Assembly: GCA_012295275.1 (NCBI GenBank) | Contig: CM022672.1 | Location: 28,520,001-28,584,000 of the forward strand | Length of the DNA: 64,000 bases | Reading direction: 5' to 3' | Source: Chrysomallon squamiferum | Taxonomy: Eukaryota > Animalia > Mollusca | Part shown: piece after piece, positions 28,216-42,386 of the stretch | Layout: every line of letters begins with the position of its first letter | Numbering within the stretch: position 1 is the stretch's first letter | Notes under the pieces: generated by a model | Seen by the model: the letters and a program-made list of their open reading frames with translations, nothing else | What the model was told of the DNA's origin: nothing | The model's database searches: none | Made by a program: the position numbers and the translations under genes

Positions 28216-31200
28216 TACACACACACACACACACACACCACACACATATACACACCTTTGCCCAATTGCCAGGTTTATTTGTCAGATCAGGACAAGCATA
28301 TCTTGGCAAATCGTGACCTCTGAGAGTTCCTGGGTCAATACTGGTAAAACCAAACCTAAGAACACCACTCCAACTTGTTGATGTTTTCACAAACTTCACA
28401 TAAACTTTTTCATTGATGGCTATTGGGCGATTGCTAAAACAAATGCCTTTGCAGAAACTGTCACCTCGTTCAGCTTGCACTCTGTCCTTGGATATCTTGA
28501 TGTTGTCTCCATGAGTGGTGTGAAACAGAACTAGACCATCTGGACAGAGGGAAAGCAGATCATTATGAAGTGCACCTCCTGCACAAACAAATGACAAATT
28601 ATTTTACAATATAAAACAGAACTGAAAACTTGTTATGAAATTGCAGATGTTTGAATTTTTTTTGTTCAGTATAATAAAATAAATAAAATAATAGTTTTTA
28701 ACATAATATTAATATATGAATTGTGATTCTCATAATATAATCTAAAAGTTATTTATATACAAAATAAAATTAGTTACTTAAAGATTTCAACTTACTTTTC
28801 AACGATAAGTTTCAAATTTTTTTTAATTTCTATTTATACTTTTTTATCTAAAAGGAAGATAAATATGATAGTTTTATCTATGACTACTACAGAAACACCA
28901 GGAAGCAGCTATTATGGATAGTGCAGGGAATAACATGAGATGAAGGCATAAATGTTTATGGCTTTAACAGAATTTTACTTGTAACTTCATTTTTGTAAAG
29001 CAAACAAAACAGATCAAAAGGAAATGCTGATTTTAAAATATTTACTATTTTTACCAAATAATAATACATAATAATAAAAAACAAATTTTGAAATTTTTTA
29101 AAATCTATCTTTATCAAAAACAACTAAACATACACAAAATGTGTTTGTTTTTTTAAAATAAATATTTCATTAAAGTAACGTTTCATCATGTAAATATGCA
29201 ACTATTTTTCTTTAGCAAAACAAAACAAAATAATAATTAATAAACAAACAAATTAAATTAAATTAAAACCAACATTTTCAAGTTGTATATACAACTTCAT
29301 AGTAATTGTAACAGCATCATTAGTAAAGTATTAATGAAATTATCACTGTACACCGCGCTTCAAAGTAAATTTAATAGTATTAATAAAAGCACTTGTCAAA
29401 TATGTATACTCAAAAGCTTTATTTTAAAATTTTTGTGCTAATAAATAATATATAAACATATTTATAGAAAATTTAATCAGCAGATGAATATGAAGAAGGA
29501 AAAAATATATCCTAACCATCCTAAACTGTTCAAAATAATTGTTTTAACATATAAGAAAAAATAAAAATAAATATAGTAACAATAATAAATAATAATAAAA
29601 AAGAAAATTGTTACCTATATAGGACTTTTGTATGTATTTCCTATCTTACAAGAATTATCATAGATAACATTTTATTACAGTGTTGGTATCCAGGATCTAA
29701 AGGAAATAGCTCTGTCATTGTTTCAATGAATGAATTTATATATACATATATTTTTTTATCTAAATGCATCGAGATAATAATATTTAATGTCAGTCATTAT
29801 GACATAGTAAGAAGAATTCAATATGTTAAAAAAATATAAGCTATGGTAACTAAAAATGAGGAATAAATAAAATACAAGGCTTTCACAGAAGTACTATTTA
29901 GAAATGAATATGACACTTAATACAAGATCAATGAAAGTTACATGAACAAACACAAAATATTAAAATACATATTTATGAAACAATAAAATGATTAAAAAGT
30001 TTTATAATGAAAAATAAAAAATGAATTAGAAATTAAAGGTAAGCTATATGAAAATTTACAACTTTTCTTAACTTGAAGAAAATATTTTTTATTTTCATTT
30101 TACTTTGTTGTGTAAGCGCTAATTTAAACCCAAGATGTAAATCAGTTAATTATTTGTTTGTACCTGTATGTGTTTGTTTAATTATCTCCCTTCTTTCCTG
30201 TCTCATAGTATTTTGATCACTTATGTCAGTAAAATTAAGCTGCAGACTTCGATGGGTTACAGCATTATAAGCCTTACTTGGTTTTCCTTATCAGAATAAA
30301 AACAAATTACTCATAAAGTCTTTCTTGCAGTAATAAACTCACAAAAACAAAATAAAATAAACAAATAATGACCTACTTTTCTCTATAATACAAAGAATTT
30401 GCTTTTAAAAATTTTTGCAAGATTGTTCTAAAATCACAGATTACAACATAAAAAGAAAGAGAAACCCCAATGTGTCAAGATTATAATTTACTTCATTCAT
30501 CTCTAAATGGAGCACCTGTAAGAATATTTTGTTTTGTTTTGTTTTCCTCCAGTCATGTCTCTGTGTACCTGAAATAAGCTACTTTTTAAATAAACTAATT
30601 CAACACAGACTGTAAATGCCACACAACAGCCTCCCAGACAAATATTCTCACAACTGAAGCAGTAGGATTTTCTACTCCACTAGCAGTGGAAAAAACAGAA
30701 CTAGACTGGTTCTCTGTTCCTATCTGCTGCCACAGTATAAAAACCTGTATGTGTTGTATCTGTGGTAGTTTTTTTTTTAACTAAAATGGTTTATTCATGT
30801 GTATATAGAGGTAACATTACAAGCAGAAATGTCTTATAATTAGTGGGGATTAGAAAGAAAGTGAATGAGAAAAGCTTTTAAGAAATATCTTCAAAATGTA
30901 TGATCTGAGGAAAACCAGATTTGAGTTATGCTTACAATTTATGCCATTTGTTACAAATGTATTTATACTTTGATAAACATTGATAATAGAAAAACTAAAA
31001 TGTATTTAGACAATAGCTCATTTTAAGTTATTAAAGTCATCTTATGGTTGTATGAAGAAATTGTAGGAATACTCTTTCCAAGTAGCTGGTTTATTTGCTT
31101 CTCTACTATTAATAAATAGCAGTAACATAATGAACCTGTGAAGATGCATATTTTCCTTTTCATATTTAGAACCAGTGTAAAAAGTTCCTATCTGAATGAT

Positions 31201-33974
31201 AAAGCAACTTCTTAATAATGTATTTTAATATTATATTTTATTAATATTACTATTATTTTTTAAATTCACATTTCTGTGTTTGAAATGAGATCTTTTACTA
31301 ACCATAAACTTGGTATTTGAATATTATAAAAAGGTTATTTATTTCTGTAATTCCTCAATCAGTATAGTGAGATAAAAATCAGTTCTAGAATAATAAGTAT
31401 CACTAAAATAGATTTTATTACTTTTTTTTAAATTAAACAAGAATAAGTTAAATGGAAAAAACTTTATTCATTTGAATACATTTACAGAGCTTATTAGTTT
31501 AATAGTATAGTATAGTAATGATATACTAAGAAGTATACAAAGAAGATCCTATCTCTATAGCATGTGACACAGACATAAGCCCTCTTAGTAGAAATATAAG
31601 GCAGGGGAAACAAATATCAGTGAAAAAAACAACATGGAAGGACAAAAAAACATAAAAATAAAGGTAGTAGAAATGCTCAATAACTTATTTTTTTTTTTTT
31701 TTTAAATGTCTACCTTTGTTAAATATTTTCCCTGACACTTAATTATCCAAATCATGGAATTTATGTAATTATTTGCTCAAGTAAATTGACTAAGTTTAAA
31801 AGTAATTCACATAATTAGCATCCCTTAAACAAAACAAATTTATTCTGTTATGAAGTTAAAGTATCCAATGATTTCTGGAGTGTATAGATTTTGATATTAT
31901 TTTTGGAAGTTATATTCAGTTTTCAAGGTATATTAGCTCATTTCATGTCATGAAACTTTGTGTGTTTTGATATAAATTATCTCTTCAAATTTTATCCTTC
32001 ATCTTAATTATGATAATTATCAAAGTTATTTCATAGTAATAATGTTGATCAAACCAACACATTAAATTGAAAATAAAACCATCATTATACTGTTTTTGAT
32101 AAAGATATGTTTTAATAAAGTGGTTATTTGCAAAGTTTGTTTTTTTTTCCATTGGGGTTTCAGTAGTTTACTGAAAACAACACTGAAAACCACATTATTT
32201 GATATTTTCTCACTGGTAACAATGAAATTTGTTATTGTCAGTAAATGCCTCCCAGCAGGCTTGTAAAGATCACCTCAGTGTAAAGATCACCTCAGTGTCA
32301 AACTGGACACTAGCTATGCAGGGAACAAAACAAATTGATGTAGCTGGACAATTTAGTACTTGTACAATTAAAACAGAAAAAAACTCATCCAGTGTTGACT
32401 TAAAGATCAGTGTGAAATCTGTTCATGCTTAATGAATTTAATAGGCTAGTAATAAAACTGCAAGAACACAAACAATCTTAAACATGGCTGGCAAACAATA
32501 GGGCTCATTAGTGTTAAGAATATGACTGAAACTGTTGCACTGCAACTACTAACATTGTAACAAACTGAAAATGAAGTCATTTTAAAATATAAGTTGAATT
32601 TGTTGTTAAAGCCTTTTAGAAAACGGCATTAACAATTGGAAACAAGTTGTTGGTAAAATTTCTTTGCAAGTTTATATTGTATTTTTATGTTTGTGTATTT
32701 ATATTTTGCTGTTGTTTGTGGGGTTTCTGGGTGTGTGGCTTGTTTGGGTATTTGTTTATTGCAAACTACATATGGACATTTCTTTTTATTTTAGTCTCAT
32801 CAGTTACAGTATGTCTTGCATGTGTGTGTGTGTGTGAGACATTGATAATTTTGCCATGAACACTGTCGACATTTTTGCCAAAGGTGAAGTGAGCAAGTTT
32901 GTTCACTATTTTTCAGTGAACATACTTATTCTAGTGACCTACTGCTGGCTGAAAAATACACAAGCTATTTTACAATGAACAATAGTAGCAAATTGTGTTA
33001 TTGTATAGCTAGTCTTTCTGTCAATTGCATTTAATTTTTATTTTGAAATTAGTGGGTTAGCTGGCTTTTAAAGACTGCTCAAATGCAACACAATTCAAAC
33101 ACTACTTTACTGAGTCATTTTTAACTGTTGTGAACGATATTAAACATTGTTTCTCCTTTCATAATGCTTCATGACACTTAGCTGCCAAAAAAGATGAAAA
33201 TTTATCCCATTGTGAGTGGTATTTCTCACATGATTAAATGCACAAAAAATCTAATAAAAGATGAAGTATAATAAAACTGCACATGTGCACCAGAACTGAC
33301 AGCAAAACAGCCACGGAAATTTAAAACCATTCAGTTATAATTCATACTTTCATCAAAATATGAGATTGATATGGAATCATTTCAGATACTTTTAACTTGT
33401 AACTGCATATACAGAACAAAATTATTTAATATATAAAATGAAAGTAACCATATTCATAATTTATATTTTATTTTAATCTTTAGATTTATTTATCAAAGTC
33501 TAAGACAGGATCAAACAGTATTCATTTTATTGATATTAATAACTTAGATGAATATAATATTATACCTAAACCATATGCATAATGCAGGGACAATGTAATC
33601 ATTAATCAATGTATATTCTTATAATCATAATTGTACTAATCATCTCATCCGTATCTAAACATACTGATGACAGTCGTTAACACTGAATTTCACTTGAATT
33701 TAAACGTACACAAATTGAAAATTTCACTAAGTAAACAATTTAATTCAAAGAGAATAAATTAAAAACAATTAAATGAATATGTTCCAAGATATTACAACTG
33801 AAATTTTGGCTACAAACTTAAATTAAGACTATTTAATTATTTATATACAATAGTTATTTTATATTCATAATGTTGTATTGTCACACGATTCAGTCAATCA
33901 CTCTTCCGGATTTGAAATAATAATCCGACTCCTAAAACCTCACCTTTAGAATGACCAGATGATGAATTTCCCAT
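19196..33974 (-). CDS. neur: Neuralized (NEURL1-like) RING E3 ubiquitin ligase, 550 aa
   Basis: Exons 33974-33944 (MGNSSSGHSK), 28578-28256, 27927-27729, 27503-27003, 20182-20063 and 19674-19196 have consistent phases and total 1653 nt. NHR1 (FHTTHGDNIKIS...WSGVLRFGFTSIDP...LPRYACPDLTNKPGNWAKAL...PLWALLDIYGNT), NHR2 (FHDKCGRNIRLS...LPDDSDLLLDRQEYWVV...PLWAFFDVYGN), a Pro-rich linker, and a C3HC4 RING ([27 protein letters not shown]...CPICRQPIIDVIKTYRS). Confidence 0.95.
20600..20780. repeat. Possible highly decayed SINE-like interspersed repeat (related segment at ~2210-2370)
   Basis: Shares collinear words with 2221-2300 (aag[ga]accac, tgaga..gaaac, ctgc, cttttt..gca[ag]caa). From memory it resembles a gastropod SINE; not verified. 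Confidence 0.3.
24775..25930 (+). pseudogene. piggyBac (PGBD4-like) transposase relic, antisense within neuralized intron 4
   Basis: ATG at 24775 and an acidic N-terminus (GSDSDLSDLD...SSSDSD), then ETNQY, W.AVT.EEM..YMGLILLTGL, YWS, MARDR...FLHF.NN, DKLYKI, PGEHISIDEG, F.VYNKDK..KYGIKSYILADSTNAYCW and SLYIDNLY (first two catalytic Asp motifs). Multiple stops and frameshifts; C-terminus missing; TIRs not found. Confidence 0.9.
28178..28255. repeat. Compound (TA)n/(CA)n microsatellite abutting the neur exon 2 donor
   Basis: Seen directly; the pre-mRNA reads AAG|gtgtgtatatgtgtgtgg(tg)n...(ta)n. Confidence 0.95.
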
Positions 33975-34320
33975 TGTCACCTCTAGGCGAAGAAAACGTT
34001 ATACTACAATAAAATTATACTGCAATTTTAAGCATCAAGGTTATTTTGAGTTTTCATGCCATCTATTAGTTCTACCCCATTTCGTAACCTAAGCAGAAAG
34101 GTTTGCTGAGACCGGATGTATTGTAACCGGAAGACTATATAAATGTAAGTAACGCAATTAAATTTTCATTTCTGTAAAATTAAATGCATTTTGTGCTACA
34201 AAAAGTCTAATGCAGTCAGAATATTTTCATTATTAAATAAAAAAAAAAATTAAAAATCGTATTTAAGACGACATATTTTTGTCATTGTTTATTTCTGATT
34301 TCATCATCATCACGCCACAA
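33880..34320 (-). promoter_or_regulatory. Probable neuralized proximal promoter
   Basis: Local CpG enrichment around the MGNSSS exon; tandem ETS-like motifs ACCGGATGT (34111-34119) and ACCGGAAG (34126-34133), plus CTTCCGG near 33903. Confidence 0.5.
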
Positions 34321-34700
34321 TTAAAATTTAAATAAACAGTTAATGAGTTAAATGTAAACAATGTCAAAGCTACAATTGATCTGTTTTCCATAAAATACCA
34401 ATCTGTATGCATGTGCAAAAGTTACTGAGTGTGTACAAGACTGGAGCAAGCTGCAGATTGCTCAGTTTTATATGGTTGTTGATGTTAAAGCCGCATGGGG
34501 ATGAGAAAATGGGTTTAATATAATATAATTGTTAAGAGTCAGCACTATACATAAAATTAATACAGGATTTATAAAAATAAAGTAAAAGGTAGATGAGCAT
34601 TGTAATATAGACCTAGTTACATATTTTCATGCAGCTTGAGAGAGAGAGAGAAATATATATATAAAAAATAAAAAATAAGAAAATAATAATATGTGATTAC

Positions 34701-34767
34701 CTACTGTTCTGTGATGTGAATGATTTACAGTATAATGTGTGAATTCTGCAAGGGAGGAAAATCCCAT
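34701..34767 (-). CDS. Candidate alternative first coding exon of neuralized (MGFSSLAEFTHYTVNHSHHRTV-G)
   Basis: ATG in aaacATGG context with an in-frame TGA at -6; 22 open codons plus 1 nt; donor TAG|gtaatc. Its phase 1 matches the acceptor of neur exon 2 at 28578. Confidence 0.55.
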
Positions 34768-35907
34768 GTTTCAAAGCCATCAAACACCTGAATCGGAAGT
34801 TAAGAGTCAGGGCAGAAAATGTTGACAAGACTCACACTGGTGTGATTTTTTAACACAATGAATTTTGCATCATTGTATGTGGAAAAATAAACCGTATAGA
34901 ATGCAACTGTGTAGATGCAAAGACAACTTTGGTCGATCCTTTTTTGAAGACACTGGACTGATTATATTGTTAAGTAAAGTTCTAATATTTTGGTCTGCCC
35001 CTGAGATGAATCCATCTTGGTGTCAGATGAAAAGTGTAGTTACACAACTACAGTAATAATAAATTAATATGAGGTAAAATATGTAGATAAATAAAAAATT
35101 AAGAATAACAATAAATTAATATTAAATATATGAAAATTACTTTTAAATAATAAAATAAATGTAAAAGAAACATGAATACTGAATAAAATGAAAGGAACAA
35201 GGAAATAAAATGTATAACGAACAAAAATGAAGAATTCTAAATAGGCTGAAACTGAAATAAGAATACACACATAAAAGAAAACAACAAACAAAAACAACAA
35301 AAAAGCATGAAGAATAAGAATAAATAAAGAGAAGAGTAAACAAACAAAAAAGTTCATAGAAATATATAGATCTACAAAAAGTCAAATGACAAATTGCAAG
35401 TGATAATTGGATGATGATAATTAGTTTTTCTAATATTTGTATGTCAACTTTAGTCTTATTAAATTTCATGAGGCATGTACAAAATTGTACATTTCATTCT
35501 TAGATGTTTGTGTATAAAGAAATATTTTTCATTATAATTGTATTTCCTTTACAATTATCAAGGTTTAATAGTTATAATCAATAATATATATGAAGACCTT
35601 ACTAAAAGAATATCAAAGAGAAATGACATGTCTGCTGATGAAAATAAACAAAATGCTTATAATAAAAAACAAACTAAAGATAAAAAATATATTTTTATTT
35701 GTTCTGTCATCAGTTCCAGCATAAAAATACAAATATTTATCATTTATAATTGTTATAAACATTCATTTTAATATTTCTAGTTTACTGGCATACTGAACAA
35801 TGGTGAAATCTATTCTGTATGAAGTAGAAACCATAAGCAATAAAACATTTTAAAGGAATTCAGATTGCAGGATGTTCATTCCTAAGTTATAAGTGGAAAT
35901 GATAAAC

Positions 35908-38900
35908 TCATTTAACTGGAGAATCCACTAAAAACCTGTAAAGACATAAATAAATAATAAAAAGAAAAATATTTACTTTTATACTTTTTTCTGTAACAGT
36001 GCCGAGAAAAGAATTATAAACAAAAAAGGAAAGGTGTATTTCTTTGATTCACATGCATTGTATTGTCTTTTGTAATTACATTCACCATATGATTTATGGT
36101 CTTAAACCACCACTGTCTCACTTCAGTTTTATTTATAAGAGATTCTCATTTTTTAATCAATCAGTTTCTTAGATTTATCTATCATCTTTACTGTTTGTGT
36201 AATTTTTCCCTATCATTATGTAAATCATGGTAGGTATTCCAATTTTATCATTTATCTGTTATATTATTAATTTAAATTATAACAGTATTCTAGTTTGTTA
36301 TATTAAACTGTGATATCATCTCTCAATATAAATAATATGTTAGTTGTGAATGTAAATTAGTTTACCAGTTTCCTCTTGTAATCACAGCATGTTTTCGGAC
36401 AAGTCGTTTTTTGTCATCTAGAACAGATTCAAGTCCTCGGATTACTGATTTGCAGTAGGGGAGAATCACATGACCAGGAAGTGATGTCATGGAATCGAGA
36501 TTTTCCAAGGCAGCTATTCTTAGCTGCTGTATAAAACATAAATATTTTATAAATCGATAATTTAATATTTTTTTATTCATTATTTTAATTTGTAAACTAT
36601 TAATTAAACAAAGTATTTCAATTTACATTTCCAACAGACATATCATTTGTTACAATGAGCATAATTTTATTTGAATTAACTGGTTGAGTAATGGCTTCAG
36701 TGCAAATTTCGTATTTTATTTTAGGTTAGTTTGCAATTCTGAGGACTAAATTAAAAAAAATGAAAGAAAACTCACTCCAAAAAAATAAAGAATAAAAACA
36801 TGTGGGTAAAAATTGCTAAAGAGAAATGTCTTACCATTAATATACCTTTCTGTGACAACTTCAGTAGCTGTGGAATTAAGGAATCAACATGTTTTGTGAG
36901 GATCTCTGGTACATCTTGGAAAAGTTCTGTCATTTTGGTTGTCATAGATAACTGTAATTGGGTATCATCACAAGATAAAGACTGTATGAGAATTGGCATC
37001 AGCTGTAACAACAAAGAGATTTAAATAATTCATTTCACTACGAAAGATTTAAATAATTCATTTCACTAGGGATCAACACACTGATTAAGAGACTTTCATT
37101 TCTCAGACCAGTGCTTTAAAATCACCAAACTTTCCTAATGAGATGAATTAATGAAAAAGCTAAATTATAGCATAAAATACACCAGAACAAATTTAGTTTT
37201 TCTGGAGAAGGTGGAGTTCTTCATAAACTAAATTGATCAACATTTGATGACTAAAAACAGTAAGGAATTGTAGACTTACTGCAGGGATCTCTTCTATGAA
37301 TACTTGCATTGGAAGATGGATCAAAAGATGAGTCAAGGCCACTAAATAATTTTTCTTCTCTGGATAAAATAAAATAAATGGCAAAAAGTAGTTAAAATTC
37401 TGTGAATTAAATTATTTCTCAATTCAGAAGCTTTGAGCTATACATCTCACCTTTCTATGCTAATATCAGTCATCTGTAATCATTCAAAATACAATTCTCT
37501 ACTGCTTAACAATGGTTTATAGACTGATGTTAAACAGTTATATTGAATGAATATTTTATTAATAATTAGGTTGTTATACAATATCGCAGGAAACGTACTG
37601 TACTACAACTGTATTAGCTATTTTTGCTGATTACCAAAAAATAATGTTTTGTTGGATCATAAAGGAATTTTAATAAAACCAGCTATGATACTGGAATGGA
37701 AAAATAGCTCACTGCCATCAGAAAGACTGATGCATAATAACAAATTATACTAACCTAGTGATGAGTTAAAACCCTCTCCAAGTTTATCAACATTTTCCAC
37801 AAACAATCTTTGTCTGTACATAATCTTAATGTCTGCATACATCCTGGCTGTCATGACATCTTGGCTTTCTTCTACTATCACCTGGAAACCATTTGCTGCT
37901 TGTAAACCAAGAACTCTGTCTTCCAAAATGAGAACAAGCTGAAAAAATTTTTAATTAAAACCATCATCTTGTAAATGTATTCCATATTTATCAGACCTGT
38001 AAGATACTGACTGATGCATTTAGTTACTCTGTTTATATACTGTGTTTTCTCCAGGAGATAATGTGATCTACATATTTTGAAAACTTTAAGAAAGCTACTG
38101 GGTTCTCAAAGCAAGCTGTTCTAATAAATATCATTAGTGACATGAATTAATTGCTTGACTTTTTTGTTTATTTCTCACTTGTTTATTTTCATGATCAAGA
38201 TTAATATTACAAATGAACCTTTACAGAAATTATACTCCACTAATAATTCTGAAAGTATATAAAAAATATGTTCTTTTTGAAGGGAGATTGCATTTGGAAA
38301 AACTTCTTTTCAGAAGTTCCATTTGCACATCCTCCTAAAGATAATGACACTGGGTAAACAAAAAAAAGCATTAAAAGAAAATTATGTGTTTCTTACTTGT
38401 GATGTATATTCTGAAGCTAGGGGATGACTGCGAAGAACCAAAGCTTTGGTTAACCAGATCCACATATCTAGAGCCCGCTGTCTATGGTGATATGTTTCTG
38501 GGTTGTTGTTGTTTAGAACCAGTCTCTGTTGACATGTAGTCAAAAGAATATTCAGCTCTGCATCTATTAAAAAAGTAACACCAAGAACAGATATCTGAAG
38601 TCATTGTTCAGTATTAATTTTAAATTCTATAATATTATAATGTATGTTAATAATGTTTTTGTTTTTTCATTAATAAATTTATTTAACATTTTAAAAGATA
38701 TTATTTATCAGAAAACTGCTTTTATAATGTTTTAAAATATGAGAGAATGACAAACCATCAGGCAGTTTGTTGACAATCCCACAATAACATTTGATAGCTG
38801 ACATTCTTGTGTAGACATGATCACTTTCAAGAGACAAGGTGAATAATGAATCAAGCAATCTGGCTCTCTCTGGAATGACAATCTGTAAACAAACTGCAAT

Positions 38901-41900
38901 ATGTCTTCAACTTTTTAAATCAAACAAAATTCCTGACTGCATAACTTATAAATAAAGAAGGTTTTAAAAAAATACTTTGAGATTAGGTCCATATGTAAGG
39001 AGAAGAATAAATGGTATCATTTCTAAAATTTACACAAATTCCAGGACTAGACATACTGAATTATTCTATAAGCAAATGTATGAGTGTTTGTGCATGTACA
39101 GGTGCACACACACTGATCGACAGATGGATACATAGAAAGCCTGAGAAGACCTAAAATAACTATTTGACAAAAATAAAACAAAAAAAACTTACATTTTTTG
39201 GAATGGAACATACAACAGCCATTAACACTGATACTAGTTGTGTCTGCTGCCATGGAGAGGTTATCTGAAGAAAAATATTTTTTATTAAATAACATTTTAA
39301 AAAGTATTGATTTTAGTAAATAAGCAAAAAATACAATACTTAACTGAAATATAAACATTTTAACATTAATTTTAAAGTAGACAAAAAATTATTCTTAGTA
39401 CTTAACTGAAGAAGATTCAAAATTTAAACAAACTGCTCTGTGTTACAATATTAATATGTTTGAACTATTTATCCCTCCAAATTGCATGTATGTGACAGCT
39501 TTAATGGTAATAGAAACAGAATCAACTAAGTTAACAAATAAAAGTCAAGGAAAAACACTTACACATAGAGGTCTGAACATACTGAATGGTTCCATGTTAA
39601 CTGGAATTCCAGGCAGGACAGAAATATCACCAAGTAGAAATAGTTTTATCATCACATCCAACAGCTCCCAGGGTACCCTAAATTGAAAAAAAGAAGAAAA
39701 AAAAGAAATGGTTTGAACTCCATGGCTCCAGCTAGATGATAAAATTATGTATGCTAAAATATGCTAGAATATACTATTATGTACTACCAACTGAAGATCC
39801 AGAAAGCTCTGCAGGCTTAATGACAATTTTAGGATAAAAATATTCTACCAAATGCATACACAGTATTTATTCAATGGAGAAAGTCCCTGAAACATGAATT
39901 TTTATAAATGTCCAAAGAAATTAATGACAGTGTGTGTGTATGTGTGTGTTTATCCTCATAAATTTACTCCATAAAAAGATGAATTACAAAGGAACATCAT
40001 TTTAATACAACTCTAAAAGAATATTTTTGTATTTTGTGATTCTGTTCCTTATCAGGTAAATAGTAATTTACATATTGTTGAAAACTACATTATCCAGTTA
40101 AATAAGAAAGCAAATATTTTAAACATGGAGAAAAATAAACATCACTGTTTACAGCTCTGGAAATGTTATTTAATATTAAATTAAAAAAGAAATATTTTAA
40201 TTCTGCTTTAATTTAACAATGTACAACTCAGTCCTCAGTCTACAAAAAAGAAAATGTTTTAATTGGTATAACAAAGAAGAAAATCTCTTTATTTATTATT
40301 GTGATGTTTAAAAACATAATTATGTGGAGAAAATAAGAATATAAATATCAATGACATAAAAATAAAAGATTAAAACAAAACAATCTTCATAATTACATCT
40401 TGTTAAGAAACTTCTTTTGTTTATGAATATACCTTTCATTTAGAGAGGTGACTGTATTTCTGAAAAGTCGTGCTACTTGCTCAGTCACTGACTCCTGTAC
40501 AACACAACATTCAGCTTTCCTAGATACAGAATCCAACACCAATTTGAGTAAGTCAGTCAAAACATGTTCATACATATAGTTAACAATGTTTGTATCAGCA
40601 TGGTTCATCTCACAAACTGAACACAAACACTGAACCACAGACAGTGACTGTACAGAACTCGCACCTGTAAAAATATATATAAAAATAAAATATTACTTCA
40701 CACAACAGAGAAAAAAATCATATAAGTATTCTCACAATAAAAAAAAAAAATTTGTTTCAAAACAATTTCTACACCTGAAGTAAAAAATGTAATATTAATA
40801 AGAGGTTTTGTTGTGTATTTTGCATATCAAAAGAAAATGATATCACAAGCTGCATGACAACTTTGCAATTACATATTATAACATACAAACAACTTTAACA
40901 TGTAATTTATGAATAAGGATAGAATTTCTGGTGTTTATAAAGACAAATTTAAATTTATATTTAAATTGTGTTTTTTGTTTACCTGACACACTGTTCCTGA
41001 GACAAGACATCAGCTGCTCACAGACTGGCTCTACAACTTGTATGTGTGTTGCTATTGATGACATGGCTTTAAGAATGTCTTCTTTAGAAGGTTTAACCTT
41101 TGCATCTTCACTTTCCAAATACTCTATTAAAAAAATTGTTAAAAAACCCCATCAAGAAACAGACAAGAAAGGATACATATCCTTTAATTAAACCAGTGAT
41201 AAATATTTAGCACTTTCAAATATATACAAAGAACAGTATTCTTTATTACAAATTTAATGGATTAAAGTATAGAATTTTACTGTTAAATTAAGCTGAAATA
41301 AAAAAAACAGGTCGGTGAATTCAGAAAAACTAACCATGATCAAGATAAGACACTAAGTTTGTTAATGCATTTTCTTTAATTAATGACGTGTAGCTTTTGG
41401 ACAGTTTTGCCAGAACTTCTGTAATCTTCTGTCTGAAAATAAAGGAGATGAAACTCAGTAAATGTTAGAATATTACAATATTATAAGCATTATTGTAAAT
41501 AAGCAATACATTATTTTAATGCCCTATAACAATTTGCTTCAAATATTTTATACATTACAAAGATTATTACATACTTCAGCATTAGTAATGATATTACACT
41601 AATGTAGCCATGTGTTAGGTTTGTCTTTTTTGAACATATCTGTTTGGGGTTTATTCTTTTCATTCCTGGCATTAAATAATATCTCAGATTGTTTAAACTG
41701 ATAAATTCTAATGACTAATTAAAATAAAACAAATATCTGGAGATAAAATATATTTAGTTAATTGTTCTTATCATAACAGATAATGATTCCATGTAAATGA
41801 TTTTTACAACTACCTGAACATCTCATCTGAGTCTTTCAGCAACATATTAGTGAGTCTGTCACTGACTCTCTTCACCTCACTCAGGTTCAATACATTTTGT

Positions 41901-42347
41901 AATTCCAGAAGAGTAGCCAGGCAGTGGACACTAGCATCTCTTAACTGACCACTCTCTTCATTTAGACTAGATTCAAGAATTTCCAAAATGGAGTCTTTAA
42001 AGCTGACTATTGAATTAGGAGCTAAATAAAATAAAAAATTAATAAAATATAGCTTAATTGGTTAATAATAAAGATGACTGATCCAGACAGACCTTCATTG
42101 AAATTATTTCTGAAAAGTCACCTGTAACATTAAAAGATTCATATTAAAAAAGTTTAAAAAAAAAATTTAAATAAAATTTTAGTCAAAGAATAAATGTTAA
42201 CCTTCCTCATTGTAATTAAAATTTTCAGTGGCATGAAGAAATTCATTCAGAAGTTCAAGAATACTTTTCTTCTGGGTCACCTAGAAATAAAAACATTTAA
42301 TATATAGTCAGATATATATATACACATTTTTAAATATACACACGAAT

Positions 42348-42386
<39 letters not shown>

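Noticed and set aside
30490-30570. Acceptor- and donor-like words in neur intron 1 suggesting a micro-exon or third start
   Set aside because: The frames compatible with neur hit stops, and the donor is weak.
32262-32298. 17-bp tandem duplication (taaagatcacctcagtg) inside the 67-aa ORF
   Set aside because: A simple two-copy local duplication with no spacer; not CRISPR-like, and no coding support.
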